Shown here: piece after piece, positions 1 through 9,115 of the stretch | How the letters are laid out: each line of letters starts with the position of its first letter | Numbering within the stretch: the stretch's first letter is position 1 | Source: Chitinophagaceae bacterium | Lineage (GTDB): Bacteria > Bacteroidota > Bacteroidia > Chitinophagales > Chitinophagaceae | Reading direction: 5' to 3' | Length of the DNA stretch: 64,000 nucleotides | NCBI GenBank assembly: GCA_043727215.1 | Contig: JAYSYY010000046.1 | Coordinates: 23,056-87,055, forward strand | Program-made: the position numbers and the translations under genes | The notes under the pieces: generated by a model | Seen by the model: the letters and a program-made list of their open reading frames with translations, nothing else | What the model was told of the DNA's origin: nothing | Databases searched by the model: none

Positions 1-1
1 T

Positions 2-889
2 TTAAAAAATACTGCGGAAACCGGTGAAGCCTATAACCAGGTTGCTGCAAAAACGGCGCTTCATTTTAATAATGCTTTTTTATTGCACGAGCAGTTGCAC
101 CAGTTACCTGTAGAGGAAAATTTGTTTGAACCCGTTTCTGCAACGGAACAAACTATCCTGGATGGGTACGAACCGGGTAGCCCACAAGTCGTGCAGGCTC
201 ACCCACCGCATGAAGATGTTGCACCGGTAGGCACAGCTTCAATTAACGAGGTTATCCTGCAGGAAGAGAATGGCCTGGACATTGCTCCTTGCACGCAGGA
301 ACCGGCGGTGATGGTTGATTTGCCGGCAAACAATACGCCTGTTGCCGAAGAAGTTACCATTGACACGGAAAAAGTTGAGATCCCCGCAGAACCGGTCCGG
401 GAATCACTTCTTCCGCAGCAAGTTGTGCTAGGCAACATCCCGCCGGAAGAATCGGACACATTTACTACTGCGGCGGCACCGACATTTATTGCGCCACAAG
501 AGGCCGCAACACGGCAGGAAATAGAAGTTCCTTTATTTGAACCGCTCTCCGCCTCCGACTATTTCGCATCCCAGGGTATAAAATTAAGCGAGGAGCAGCA
601 GCCATCAGACCGGATGGGTAAACAACTGAAAAGTTTTACGGAGTGGCTGAAAACAATGAAAAAAGTACATGACAATAAACTTGCGGGCGTGGAAGGAACG
701 GTAGACCTCACCGTTCAGAACCTGGCAGAAAAGAGCAATAAAGAAGAGGAGATACTAACAGAAGCCATGGCCGAGGTATTTCTACAGCAGGGAAAGTCAA
801 ATAAGGCAAAGGAAATATATGAAAAATTAAGTTTGCTGAATCCTGCCAAAAGCGCTTACTTTGCAGCCAAATTAGAACAAATAAAATAA
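2..889 (+). CDS. Conserved hypothetical protein upstream of secG (5'-partial), acidic/Pro-rich middle and TPR-like C-terminus
   Basis: Frame is open from position 2 (LKNTAETGEAY...), so the start lies outside the window. C-terminal SFTEWLK and TEAMAEVFLQQGKSNKAKEIYEKLSLLNPAKSAYFA are typical of the Bacteroidota gene preceding secG. Confidence 0.75.
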   Translation, partial: LKNTAETGEAYNQVAAKTALHFNNAFLLHEQLHQLPVEENLFEPVSATEQTILDGYEPGSPQVVQAHPPHEDVAPVGTASINEVILQEENGLDIAPCTQEPAVMVDLPANNTPVAEEVTIDTEKVEIPAEPVRESLLPQQVVLGNIPPEESDTFTTAAAPTFIAPQEAATRQEIEVPLFEPLSASDYFASQGIKLSEEQQPSDRMGKQLKSFTEWLKTMKKVHDNKLAGVEGTVDLTVQNLAEKSNKEEEILTEAMAEVFLQQGKSNKAKEIYEKLSLLNPAKSAYFAAKLEQIK

Positions 890-894
890 ACAAC

Positions 895-1257
895 ATGTTA
901 GCTTTATTCGGCGTATTAATCATAATTGCCTCTGTGGTACTCGGTTTGATCGTATTGATTCAAAACCCAAAAGGTGGTGGTTTGTCAGGTTCATTAAGTG
1001 GCTTCGGTAATCAATTGATGGGTGTGAAGCAGAGCACAGATATACTGGAAAAAGGTACCTGGTTTTTTGCAGCCCTCGTTGGCCTTCTTTGCCTTGCTTC
1101 TCCTGCGTTCATCCCTAAGGAAGGCAGTACTTCGACCGAAAACGACAACCTGCTGAACGAAGTGCCAACAAGCGCACCGCAACAAAAGACAGGAACAGCA
1201 CCCAACACCGTTCCGCTAAAAGGTGCACAGCAACCTGCAGCACCCAAAACCCCATAA
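895..1257 (+). CDS. secG: Preprotein translocase subunit SecG
   Basis: Two TM helices flanking LIQNPKGGGLS...LEKGTW, the SecG signature. Confidence 0.95.
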   Translation: MLALFGVLIIIASVVLGLIVLIQNPKGGGLSGSLSGFGNQLMGVKQSTDILEKGTWFFAALVGLLCLASPAFIPKEGSTSTENDNLLNEVPTSAPQQKTGTAPNTVPLKGAQQPAAPKTP

Positions 1258-1278
1258 GACAATTATCAAAATTTTTAT

Positions 1279-1307
1279 AACCCCGCTGGCTTACAGCGGG
1301 GTTTTTT
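1279..1307 (+). terminator. Rho-independent terminator after secG
   Basis: AACCCCGCTG-gctta-CAGCGGGGTT followed by a T-run. Confidence 0.85.
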
Positions 1308-1346
1308 AATTTACTTTGTTAAACGCTATCGCTTAAACGTATTTGA

Positions 1347-2369
1347 ATGAAAAAAATCTTTTTGGTCTTATTGATCCTGGGCGGCCTCGTAGCCCTTTAT
1401 GCAGGCTGGCAGGTCCTGGGTCCCACGGTAAAAGCGCCTTCTGATAAATATTTTTATATTCCTACCGGCGCTGTTTACAATGATGTGTGGACCACACTTA
1501 AGAATGAGCGCATCATTTCAAATAAATTTTTCTTTGATAAACTGGCAAGGCAGGCCAGATACCACGAACGCGTGCGAGCGGGGCGTTATGAAATAAAAAA
1601 CGGGTCCAGCGTTTACAACCTTGTGCGCATGTTGAGATCCGGCAGGCAGGTACCGGTACGGCTGGTCATAAATAAGCTGCGTACCAAAGAAGATCTCGCC
1701 AAAAAGATCGGTCAGCAATTTGAAAGCGACTCGCTTAAAGTAATCAATTTTCTTTCCAGTAACGACTCGGTAAAAAATTTTGGACTGGACTCACTTACTG
1801 TTATGACAGCGGTGATCCCCAATACCTATCTTATCAATTGGAACACGCCCATAAGGAAAATATTCAGCAAGCTGAAAGAGGAGCAGGAAAAATTCTGGAC
1901 AGCTCAACGAAAACAAAAAGCGGCTGCAAAAAATCTTACAACTGCCCAGGTCTATGCTATGGCCAGCATCGTGGAGGAGGAAACCAATAAACTAAAAGAC
2001 AAGGGGCTGATAGCGAGCGTATACATAAACAGGATCAATAAGGGCATGAGGCTGGAAGCAGATCCAACAGTTAAATATGCGATGCGTGACTTCGGCCTGA
2101 AACGGATTTTATACGGGCACCTCAACTACCCTTCCCCTTATAATACCTACCAGAACCAGGGCCTTCCTCCCGGTCCTATCTGCACGCCTTCTGCAGAAAC
2201 CATAGACGCTGTGCTGGATGCCCCGCAAACAGATTATATATTTTTTGTAGCCAAACCTGATTTTAATGGATATTCCAACTTTGCAGGCACATACGAGGAA
2301 CATTTAAAATATGCAAAAGAATACCAACTTGCACTGGATGAACTGATCCGGAAAAAACAAGCGAAATAA
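1347..2369 (+). CDS. mltG: Endolytic transglycosylase MltG
   Basis: N-terminal TM, ASIVEEE catalytic Glu, LEADPTV, SPYNTY..GLPPGPI motifs. Confidence 0.95.
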   Translation: MKKIFLVLLILGGLVALYAGWQVLGPTVKAPSDKYFYIPTGAVYNDVWTTLKNERIISNKFFFDKLARQARYHERVRAGRYEIKNGSSVYNLVRMLRSGRQVPVRLVINKLRTKEDLAKKIGQQFESDSLKVINFLSSNDSVKNFGLDSLTVMTAVIPNTYLINWNTPIRKIFSKLKEEQEKFWTAQRKQKAAAKNLTTAQVYAMASIVEEETNKLKDKGLIASVYINRINKGMRLEADPTVKYAMRDFGLKRILYGHLNYPSPYNTYQNQGLPPGPICTPSAETIDAVLDAPQTDYIFFVAKPDFNGYSNFAGTYEEHLKYAKEYQLALDELIRKKQAK

Positions 2370-2371
2370 TA

Positions 2372-3337
2372 TTGATCAAGCTTCAACGCCTCATACTGAA
2401 TACGCCTCCTTTTTCTTTTTTGGTAAGAAAAAGTAAGGAATGCTCACTGCCTGGATTTGCAGGACTCCCCTTATATGATGTGATCGTTTTTTTTCGCAGG
2501 CAGATAAAAACACATGGGCTGGCTGAAAGAGCTTCGGCTATTTCGTATAATTTTATCATGGCTTTACCACCTTCCCTGTTGTTCCTGTTTAGTCTCATAC
2601 CTAACCTGCCGTTCATTTCCAAAATGAATATCAAAATCCAGTTGCACACCCTCATCTATGATATCATTCCATCACCTGTTTACAATAAGGAAGTGATCTA
2701 TTTCGTCGACAGCTTTATTGAAAACTCTCAATTCGGCCTTTTGTCATTTGGTCTGTTGATGTCACTTTTTTTTGCTTCCAATGCGATCATGGGTATCATG
2801 CGTTCATTCAACAGGAATTATATTGGTTTTGCCAAGCGGCGCGGACTTGAGAAAAGATGGGTTGCCATCCGGCTAACCATACTCATTTTTAGCCTTTTGC
2901 TAGGGTACCTGCTCTTGCTGATCATGCAGGGTGCCCTGCTGAAACTCGTGGTAAGCAATGAAACCTGGCGGGAAGTGATCACCTACCTCCGATGGATATT
3001 GATCGTGGGGCTTTTGTTCCTGAGCATTGCTTTTATTTTTAAATATGCACCGGCCACAGAGAAACGCTGGAAGCTCCGTTCGCCAGGCGCTATACTCGCA
3101 ACAGCACTCAGTATCATGGCATCCATAGGGTTCGCGATATTTGTGAACAGCTTTGGCCGTTATAATGCACTTTATGGTTCTATCGGCACCATTATGATGG
3201 TAATGGCCCTTATCTATGTAAATTCTCTTGCACTACTTGTGGGATTTGAATTAAATGTGAGTATCTCATCGCTTAAATCCATTGCTGCCCAGCGTGCCCG
3301 CGAGGCGAAACCAGCAACGGCAGTTACCAAGCCCTGA
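2372..3337 (+). CDS. YihY/virulence factor BrkB family membrane protein
   Basis: ASAISYNF...P motif, multiple TMs, YNALYGSIGTI motif. Confidence 0.9.
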   Translation: MIKLQRLILNTPPFSFLVRKSKECSLPGFAGLPLYDVIVFFRRQIKTHGLAERASAISYNFIMALPPSLLFLFSLIPNLPFISKMNIKIQLHTLIYDIIPSPVYNKEVIYFVDSFIENSQFGLLSFGLLMSLFFASNAIMGIMRSFNRNYIGFAKRRGLEKRWVAIRLTILIFSLLLGYLLLLIMQGALLKLVVSNETWREVITYLRWILIVGLLFLSIAFIFKYAPATEKRWKLRSPGAILATALSIMASIGFAIFVNSFGRYNALYGSIGTIMMVMALIYVNSLALLVGFELNVSISSLKSIAAQRAREAKPATAVTKP

Positions 3338-3459
3338 GGAAAAGAAACGCCTGTTTATTAGCATTTTCTATAATTATTTTTTACATTACCGGACTGTCTT
3401 ATCCACTCCCGAAATTACCCCTGCTGCCACAACTTTTTTTAACTTTAAACAAACCAACA

Positions 3460-4206
3460 ATGCGTAAATTGATTTTTACGGTAGTTCTGGCGTGTAGTTA
3501 CATGCTCTCTGCCGGCCAGGGTAAAACCCTGTACCATGTCACAATCGTCCTGCCTCGGTTAGGTAGTACGACTGCTTTCGAAAACGCCTGGAAAGCGCAC
3601 CTTCAAAAATACCATAAAGGGGATGACAAGAGAAGTGTCCATGAAATATTAAGTGGTGATCACGCCGGCAAATTTCAATTGATCTCAGGCCCTTCTGCCT
3701 TTGCAGACATGGATACCGAGAAATCAACAGACGCAGCGCACGGCCAGGATTATGACAAAACCGTAGTCCCCTCTGTTCAAAGCATGTCCGGCAGTTACAT
3801 CTATCGTCATGCCGATACCTTGAGTTATAACGGAGACATGGCAGCAGAAAAATTCGTGAACACCATTTACAATGTCCGACGAGGGAAAATGAATGATTTT
3901 ACTGCTGAAATAAAAAGAGCGATAGCCACGAATAGAGCGATAAACAGCCGGTCGGGATACAACACTTACATCAGACTATGGTCCGGCACGAGTCCGCAGC
4001 TGGTGATAGTAACCAGGCTAAAAGATGGCTTTAAACAGATGGACGATGCATTCGCCCCTTCACAATCCGCAGCGTTTAAAGAACAGTATATTAAAAGTTT
4101 CGGACAGGAACAGTGGGATAAACGAATGACATCTATGACGGATTTTGTAGAAAGTATTGAAGTATTTATCTCCAAATTGAGAAAAGATTTGAGTTCCGCC
4201 CCATAA
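3460..4206 (+). CDS. Secreted hypothetical protein, probable tandem NIPSNAP/dimeric alpha-beta barrel-like domains; paralog of 42849..43592
   Basis: Signal peptide ending SAG|Q; shares FE.A...H.QKYHKG, SG..SGP and LVTR.K.G.K with 42849..43592. The fold is inferred. Confidence 0.6.
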   Translation: MRKLIFTVVLACSYMLSAGQGKTLYHVTIVLPRLGSTTAFENAWKAHLQKYHKGDDKRSVHEILSGDHAGKFQLISGPSAFADMDTEKSTDAAHGQDYDKTVVPSVQSMSGSYIYRHADTLSYNGDMAAEKFVNTIYNVRRGKMNDFTAEIKRAIATNRAINSRSGYNTYIRLWSGTSPQLVIVTRLKDGFKQMDDAFAPSQSAAFKEQYIKSFGQEQWDKRMTSMTDFVESIEVFISKLRKDLSSAP

Positions 4207-4221
4207 TGACTGGATGCCTGG

Positions 4222-4258
4222 AAAAAAATAAAGCTTCCATTGGAAGCTTTATTTTTTT
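4222..4258. terminator. Intrinsic terminator, symmetric (possibly bidirectional)
   Basis: AAAAAAATAAAGCTTCC-att-GGAAGCTTTATTTTTTT perfect inverted repeat. Confidence 0.8.
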
Positions 4259-4347
4259 CAAAGCACCTCTACCGCTGATAAAATTTAACGAAACAGCAAA
4301 CGCCCGAAATGCTATTTTTAAGGCTCAATCAACAAACTTTATATTGT

Positions 4348-4962
4348 ATGAAAAAAATTGTAGTAGGTTTCGCATCGGTGGCGTTAATGGCGAGTCTTGC
4401 ATTTACTTCCGGTGACCCAGTAGAACCATTGGTAATTGGAAGCAGCCTGCCAAAGGCCGGGCAAAAAATGAAAGATGTTTCTGGAAAGGAAGTAAGCATC
4501 AAAGAAGTGAGCAGGGAAAATGGTGTATTGGTGATGTTTAGTTGCAATACCTGCCCCTACGTAGTAAAAAACCAGGACCGTACAGTGGCCATCGGTGAGT
4601 ATGCACAGAAAAATAAACTGGGCGTGATCGTGTTAAACAGCAATGAGGGATACCGCGGGGAAGATGATAGTTATGAAGCTATGGCTAGTTACGCGAAAGA
4701 TCAAAAGTACAAGTGGAGTTACGTGGTGGATAAAAACCATGAAATGGCCGATGCGTTTGGTGCGAAACGTACACCGGAGATTTTCCTTTTTGATAAAAAC
4801 CTAAAACTGGTGTACCATGGCGCCATAGATGACAACCCTTCCGACGCAACCGCAGTGGGCAGGCACCACCTCAAAGAAGCCATCAATGAATTGCTGGAAG
4901 GTAAAGACATCAGCGTGAAAGAAAGTAAGAGTGTAGGTTGCACGATCAAACGTAAAAGCTAA
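4348..4962 (+). CDS. Exported thioredoxin-like (AhpC/TSA redoxin) protein
   Basis: Signal peptide from MKKIVVG, CNTCPYV CxxC, YHGAIDD and C-terminal GCTIK. Confidence 0.88.
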   Translation: MKKIVVGFASVALMASLAFTSGDPVEPLVIGSSLPKAGQKMKDVSGKEVSIKEVSRENGVLVMFSCNTCPYVVKNQDRTVAIGEYAQKNKLGVIVLNSNEGYRGEDDSYEAMASYAKDQKYKWSYVVDKNHEMADAFGAKRTPEIFLFDKNLKLVYHGAIDDNPSDATAVGRHHLKEAINELLEGKDISVKESKSVGCTIKRKS

Positions 4963-4984
4963 TTTAAAGTTTAATAAAACCCGC

Positions 4985-5014
4985 AATGCCTGGTCTTTTA
5001 AGCCGGGCATTTTT
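4985..5014 (+). terminator. Probable intrinsic terminator
   Basis: AATGCCTGGT...GCCGGGCATT stem with G-U pairs and a T-run. Confidence 0.6.
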
Positions 5015-5052
5015 GTAGGATTTCATAAATCCTTGCTAACTTAGTGAATTCA

Positions 5053-6084
5053 ATGAACCGACTTTTTTCATACCTTCTTTTAGTATCCATTTTTTCATGG
5101 CTGGGCTGCAGCAAAAAGAATTTCAGCAGCAAAACAATCTACAAGTTCAGGAGTACGGATGGTAAGCCCAATTACAGGGATATCAGTTATTGGGCTGCGC
5201 ACCCCTGGAAATGGGACCCGTCGGACAGTGTTCCAAAAGATCTGCAGGACATATATGTGCAGGATTCGGTGGTGGACGTTTTTTTTGTACACCCTACCAC
5301 CCTAACTAACCGCGAAGACACGCACAGGAATGCACTGATCGATGATGAAAAGATCAATTCTAAAACAGATTATTCATCTATCCTCTACCAGGCGAGTGTA
5401 TTCAATGAACAGGGCCGCGTTTTTGCACCCAGATACCGGCAGGCCCATTTTGGCAACTACTTTACAGAAGATACCGTGCAGGCAGCACAAGCATTCAACC
5501 TGGCTTATGAGGATGTAAAAGCAGCATTTGAAATTTACCTGGAAAATTACAATGGCGGGAGGCCGATCGTTATGGCCGCACACAGCCAGGGCACCACCCA
5601 CGCCGCCAGGCTGCTCAAGGAATTTTTTGAAGGAAAACCTTTGCAAAATAAACTTGTGTGTGCCTATATTATTGGCATGCCCATTCCTGACACTTATTTC
5701 AGCATGTTAAGGCCATGCAAAGACTCGCTGGACACCGGATGTTTTATTGCCTGGCGCGCCTTTAAGAAGGGCTCTCCAGGAAGTTCTTTCGTGCAGAAAG
5801 AGTCCTTTAAAAGCATAGTGACCAATCCCCTCACATGGACCATGGATACTTTGTATGCACGAGACAGCCTGAACACCGGCGGTATCCTGAGAAATTTTAA
5901 TAAATTAAACCCGGCAGTTGTGGACGCCCAGGTGCATGAAAATATTTTATGGGTGAGTAAGCCGAAGTTCTTCGGAAACTTTTTAATCAAAAGTGATAAC
6001 TATCACATCGGGGATATCAATCTCTTTTACAATAATATCCGGCAAAATCTGAAGACGAGGATTGGGATGTATTGGAAGCGGTAG
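5053..6084 (+). CDS. DUF3089 family alpha/beta-hydrolase lipoprotein
   Basis: Lipobox WLGC; DVFFVHPTT, FAPRYRQA, nucleophile elbow AHSQG, YHIGD. Confidence 0.85.
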   Translation: MNRLFSYLLLVSIFSWLGCSKKNFSSKTIYKFRSTDGKPNYRDISYWAAHPWKWDPSDSVPKDLQDIYVQDSVVDVFFVHPTTLTNREDTHRNALIDDEKINSKTDYSSILYQASVFNEQGRVFAPRYRQAHFGNYFTEDTVQAAQAFNLAYEDVKAAFEIYLENYNGGRPIVMAAHSQGTTHAARLLKEFFEGKPLQNKLVCAYIIGMPIPDTYFSMLRPCKDSLDTGCFIAWRAFKKGSPGSSFVQKESFKSIVTNPLTWTMDTLYARDSLNTGGILRNFNKLNPAVVDAQVHENILWVSKPKFFGNFLIKSDNYHIGDINLFYNNIRQNLKTRIGMYWKR

Positions 6085-6448
6085 GTGGTACATAAACGAT
6101 TTGAAATTTTTCCATCCTGATATTTGGTCGTGCTTCCATAGAATCGGCCGCAGTTATTTAATGAGATGCACCATGCAAAAAAGTAGCCTGGTACTCTGTA
6201 ATCCATGAAGTTACATCAGCCTGAGTTATTCAGTACCGCAGGTTTGTGCTTTCCACGCTTCAGCCGCCAGTAATATTTACGATTCACTTTTGCTAATTGG
6301 TAATCCTCCGGGTTGCCGGGATAGGGTGGTTCATTCCTTTTTGAATAACGAGGTATAGGTTAGATTTTGGTAAAAGCTAAAATACAAGCTTTTCTGTAAA
6401 CTTTTACCCGTAGAATCACTTGTTGCCTGTAAGTTACCCGCGAGGGTG

Positions 6449-6528
6449 ATGCCTATAGTATGCCTATAGTTAGTACCTGTAACAATAAAGTGTATGTGGT
6501 ATAAGACAAAGTGTATGTGATTTAAGAC
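6449..6528. repeat. Short direct repeats: 2x ATGCCTATAGT and 2x 21-bp AAAGTGTATGTG(G/A)T(A/T)TAAGAC
   Basis: Read directly at 6449-6470 and 6487-6528. Confidence 0.7.
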
Positions 6529-6625
6529 ATACAAAACATTATTATCACCTTCCTGAGGTCAGTATTGTTTTAAGGGTAAAGTAGAACCCCTATCCGGAAT
6601 AGAAATGTTGATCATAATTAATACA

Positions 6626-6673
6626 CTTCCACCCCCATCTTCCACCTTCCACCCTCTACCCTCTACCCTCTAG
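6626..6673. repeat. Degenerate 7-bp tandem repeat (CTTCCAC/CCTCTAC)
   Basis: cttccac..cttccac cttccac cctctac cctctac cctctag, downstream of the TlpA-like gene. Confidence 0.7.
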
Positions 6674-6701
6674 CAGCGATATCAAGACAACTCACCGTTT
6701 A

Positions 6702-7244
6702 CTAATCCGGATCAGTCCTTTCAATAAAATATTCCTTTTTATCTGACATCGCTTTCGAATCGATGGCTTTTTTCAATTCAGTCTCAAATGTCTCCGCGGA
6801 GATCTCTTCTTCAAAGAACTTCCTGTACCCTGTTGATGGATTTATCATTAATGTAGCCGGGATAGAACCGCTCCACGATTTATCTATTTTCGGGCAGAAA
6901 TAGTCTGCATTCGTTTCACTTAACCAAACGATGTTGGTGTTGAAGTCATGTTTCTTCGCGAAGCTGGACACTTTAGCGGGGTAATAGGACGGAAGGTCAA
7001 GGCTTACCAGCAACAGCTTTACTTTCTGGTCTTTATACTGGTCGGTAATCTTTATGAACGACGGGATCTCCGCAACACAGGGTTTGCAAAAAGTCGCCCA
7101 GAAACTGATCACCAATACCTCACCATTTTTTGCGGCCATGTATTTTTCTACATCCGTTATCTTCCACTTCTGGATCTTTTGCTGTGCACCTGCTGTAAAA
7201 GCAAGGGAACTTACCAGTAAAGCCAATACCAATCGTTTTTTCAT
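6702..7244 (-). CDS. TlpA-like exported thiol-disulfide oxidoreductase
   Basis: Signal peptide; FWATFCKPC; cis-Pro loop SIPAT. Confidence 0.9.
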   Translation of the reverse strand: MKKRLVLALLVSSLAFTAGAQQKIQKWKITDVEKYMAAKNGEVLVISFWATFCKPCVAEIPSFIKITDQYKDQKVKLLLVSLDLPSYYPAKVSSFAKKHDFNTNIVWLSETNADYFCPKIDKSWSGSIPATLMINPSTGYRKFFEEEISAETFETELKKAIDSKAMSDKKEYFIERTDPD

Positions 7245-7338
7245 ATTTAGGGCTGATTTATTATGTAACTCTTTTAAAGTTGAAAATACGAAATCAAGCG
7301 ATGGCGCTCTCCCGATTTCAGTAAATTAACATTCTATA

Positions 7339-7487
7339 GGGTGAGTCACCCACGAAAGGGTGGCTTACCCGGCGACTAGAATGCGATTCACTATTTCGCA
7401 AAGGCGTCCAATTCAAAAAAAAGACCAGAAATATATTTCTGTTTTTTCCGGGTGAGCCACTCGGATGGGGTGACCCACCCGGAAAAA
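7339..7487. repeat. Inverted pair of palindromic REP-like elements (GGGTGAGTCACCC family)
   Basis: 7339-7372 GGGTGAGTCACCCACGAAAGGGTGGCTTACCCGG matches the reverse complement of 7448-7482 (GGGTGGGTCACCCCATCCGAGTGGCTCACCCGG); each copy folds into a hairpin. Confidence 0.7.
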
Positions 7488-7492
7488 TTTGC

Positions 7493-7524
7493 TTTGGCTA
7501 ATACATTCATTCAAATTACTTTTG
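7493..7524 (+). promoter_or_regulatory. Bacteroidota housekeeping-sigma promoter for lpdA
   Basis: TTTG (7493-7496), 20-nt spacer, TACTTTTG (7517-7524), matching the TTTG/TAnnTTTG consensus. Confidence 0.65.
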
Positions 7525-7559
7525 CCCCTCATTCATCATCAATAAATAGTACATTTTTT

Positions 7560-8948
7560 ATGGCATACGACGTAATAGTGTTAGGAAGTGGTCCGGGTGG
7601 TTATCCTGCGGCTATCAGGGCAAGTCAGTTAGGTAAAAAAGTAGCGATCGTGGAAAAGGAAAGCCTTGGCGGCGTTTGCCTCAACTGGGGTTGTATTCCT
7701 ACTAAAGCATTATTAAAAAGTGCGCAGGTATATGACTATGCTAAACATGCCGCTGATTACGGCATCACAGTTACAGGCGCTACCCATGATTTTGGGGGTG
7801 TAATAAAACGCAGTCGCGGTGTGGCAGATAAAATGAGCAAGGGTGTGCAGTTCCTGATGAAAAAAAATAAGATCGATGTGATCATGGGCAATGGTAGATT
7901 ACTGGCGCCGAATAAACTTGAAGTGACTGCAGCAGATGGTACAAAACAAATGGTAGAAGCAAAAAACATCGTGATCGCAACCGGCGGCCGCGCCCGCCAG
8001 TTGCCGAGTTTGCCAATCGATGGTAAAAAAATAATTGGTTATCGCGAGGCGATGGTGCTGCCCGAGCAACCCAAAAGCATGATCATCTGCGGAAGTGGTG
8101 CAATAGGTTCTGAATTTGCGTACTTCTATAATAACATGGGGACCAAAGTGACCATCGTGGAGTATATGCCACGTATCGTACCTGTAGAAGATGAGGACAT
8201 CAGTAAAGAGCTGGAAAAACAATTCAAAAAACAGGGCATGACTATCATGACCAGCAGCGAAGTGTTAAAGGTAGACACCTCCGGTGCCGGTGTAAAAGCT
8301 ACTGTGAAAACGGCTTCAGGGGAGCAGGTGCTGGAAGCAGATATACTGTTGAGTGCAGTGGGTGTCGTTGCCAATATTGAAAAGGTGGGCCTGGAAGAGC
8401 TCGGTATTAAAATGGATAAAGGAAAGATCATCGTAGATGCCAACCAGCAGACAAACGTACCGGGCGTGTACGCAATCGGTGATTGTACACCTGGCCAGGC
8501 ACTCGCACACGTAGCATCACGGGAAGGCATTAATGCTGCAGAACACCTGAGCGGCCACAAACCAGATGCCATTGATTATAATAACATTCCTGGTTGTACT
8601 TATTGTGTGCCGGAGATTGCTTCTGTAGGTTATACAGAAAAAGCGGCTAAGGATGCGGGTTATGAAGTGAAAGTGGGTAAGTTTCCTTTTATGGCAAGTG
8701 GTAAAGCAAGCGCAGCAGGCGCCACCGAAGGGTTTGTAAAAGTAATTTATGATGCTAAATATGGGGAGTTTTTAGGTTGCCATATGATTGGTATGAATGT
8801 AACAGAGATGATCGCCGAAGTAGTGGTTGCCCGTAAACTGGAAACCACCGCGCATGAAATGCTGAATGCTGTTCACCCCCATCCTACCATGAGTGAAGGA
8901 TTAAAGGAAGCAACAGCGGTTGCTTACGGGGAGGCGACAGACATTTAA
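7560..8948 (+). CDS. lpdA: Dihydrolipoyl dehydrogenase (E3)
   Basis: GSGPGG FAD motif, GGVCLNWGCIPTK redox disulfide, C-terminal HPHPTMSE; start set at MAYDVIV. Confidence 0.97.
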   Translation: MAYDVIVLGSGPGGYPAAIRASQLGKKVAIVEKESLGGVCLNWGCIPTKALLKSAQVYDYAKHAADYGITVTGATHDFGGVIKRSRGVADKMSKGVQFLMKKNKIDVIMGNGRLLAPNKLEVTAADGTKQMVEAKNIVIATGGRARQLPSLPIDGKKIIGYREAMVLPEQPKSMIICGSGAIGSEFAYFYNNMGTKVTIVEYMPRIVPVEDEDISKELEKQFKKQGMTIMTSSEVLKVDTSGAGVKATVKTASGEQVLEADILLSAVGVVANIEKVGLEELGIKMDKGKIIVDANQQTNVPGVYAIGDCTPGQALAHVASREGINAAEHLSGHKPDAIDYNNIPGCTYCVPEIASVGYTEKAAKDAGYEVKVGKFPFMASGKASAAGATEGFVKVIYDAKYGEFLGCHMIGMNVTEMIAEVVVARKLETTAHEMLNAVHPHPTMSEGLKEATAVAYGEATDI

Positions 8949-9014
8949 GCCGAGCACCGACCTCGTGCAATGAAGGCTATAATATTTTGAAGTCGGATCG
9001 TATCAGCATCGTAT

Positions 9015-9054
9015 AAAAAGAAAGAGGTTGTGTAGAACAACCTCTTTCTTTTTT
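9015..9054. terminator. Bidirectional terminator between lpdA and the DUF4197 gene
   Basis: AAAAAGAAAGAGGTTGT-gtaga-ACAACCTCTTTCTTTTT. Confidence 0.88.
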
Positions 9055-9115
9055 AGTAGTTAAAATCCGGCCCAACGGTGTTACCCGTCTTTTCATCATT
9101 TGCTAAACCTGCTAT

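Noticed and set aside
4206-4415. 69 aa ORF after the secreted protein
   Set aside because: It runs through a perfect terminator hairpin and overlaps the thioredoxin-like gene; no recognisable motif.
7452-7559. N-terminal extension of LpdA given by the ORF track; similar extensions at 26420, 32578, 43675, 45237
   Set aside because: The extensions run through repeats, promoters or upstream genes; family-typical N-termini begin at the downstream ATGs used in the feature list.
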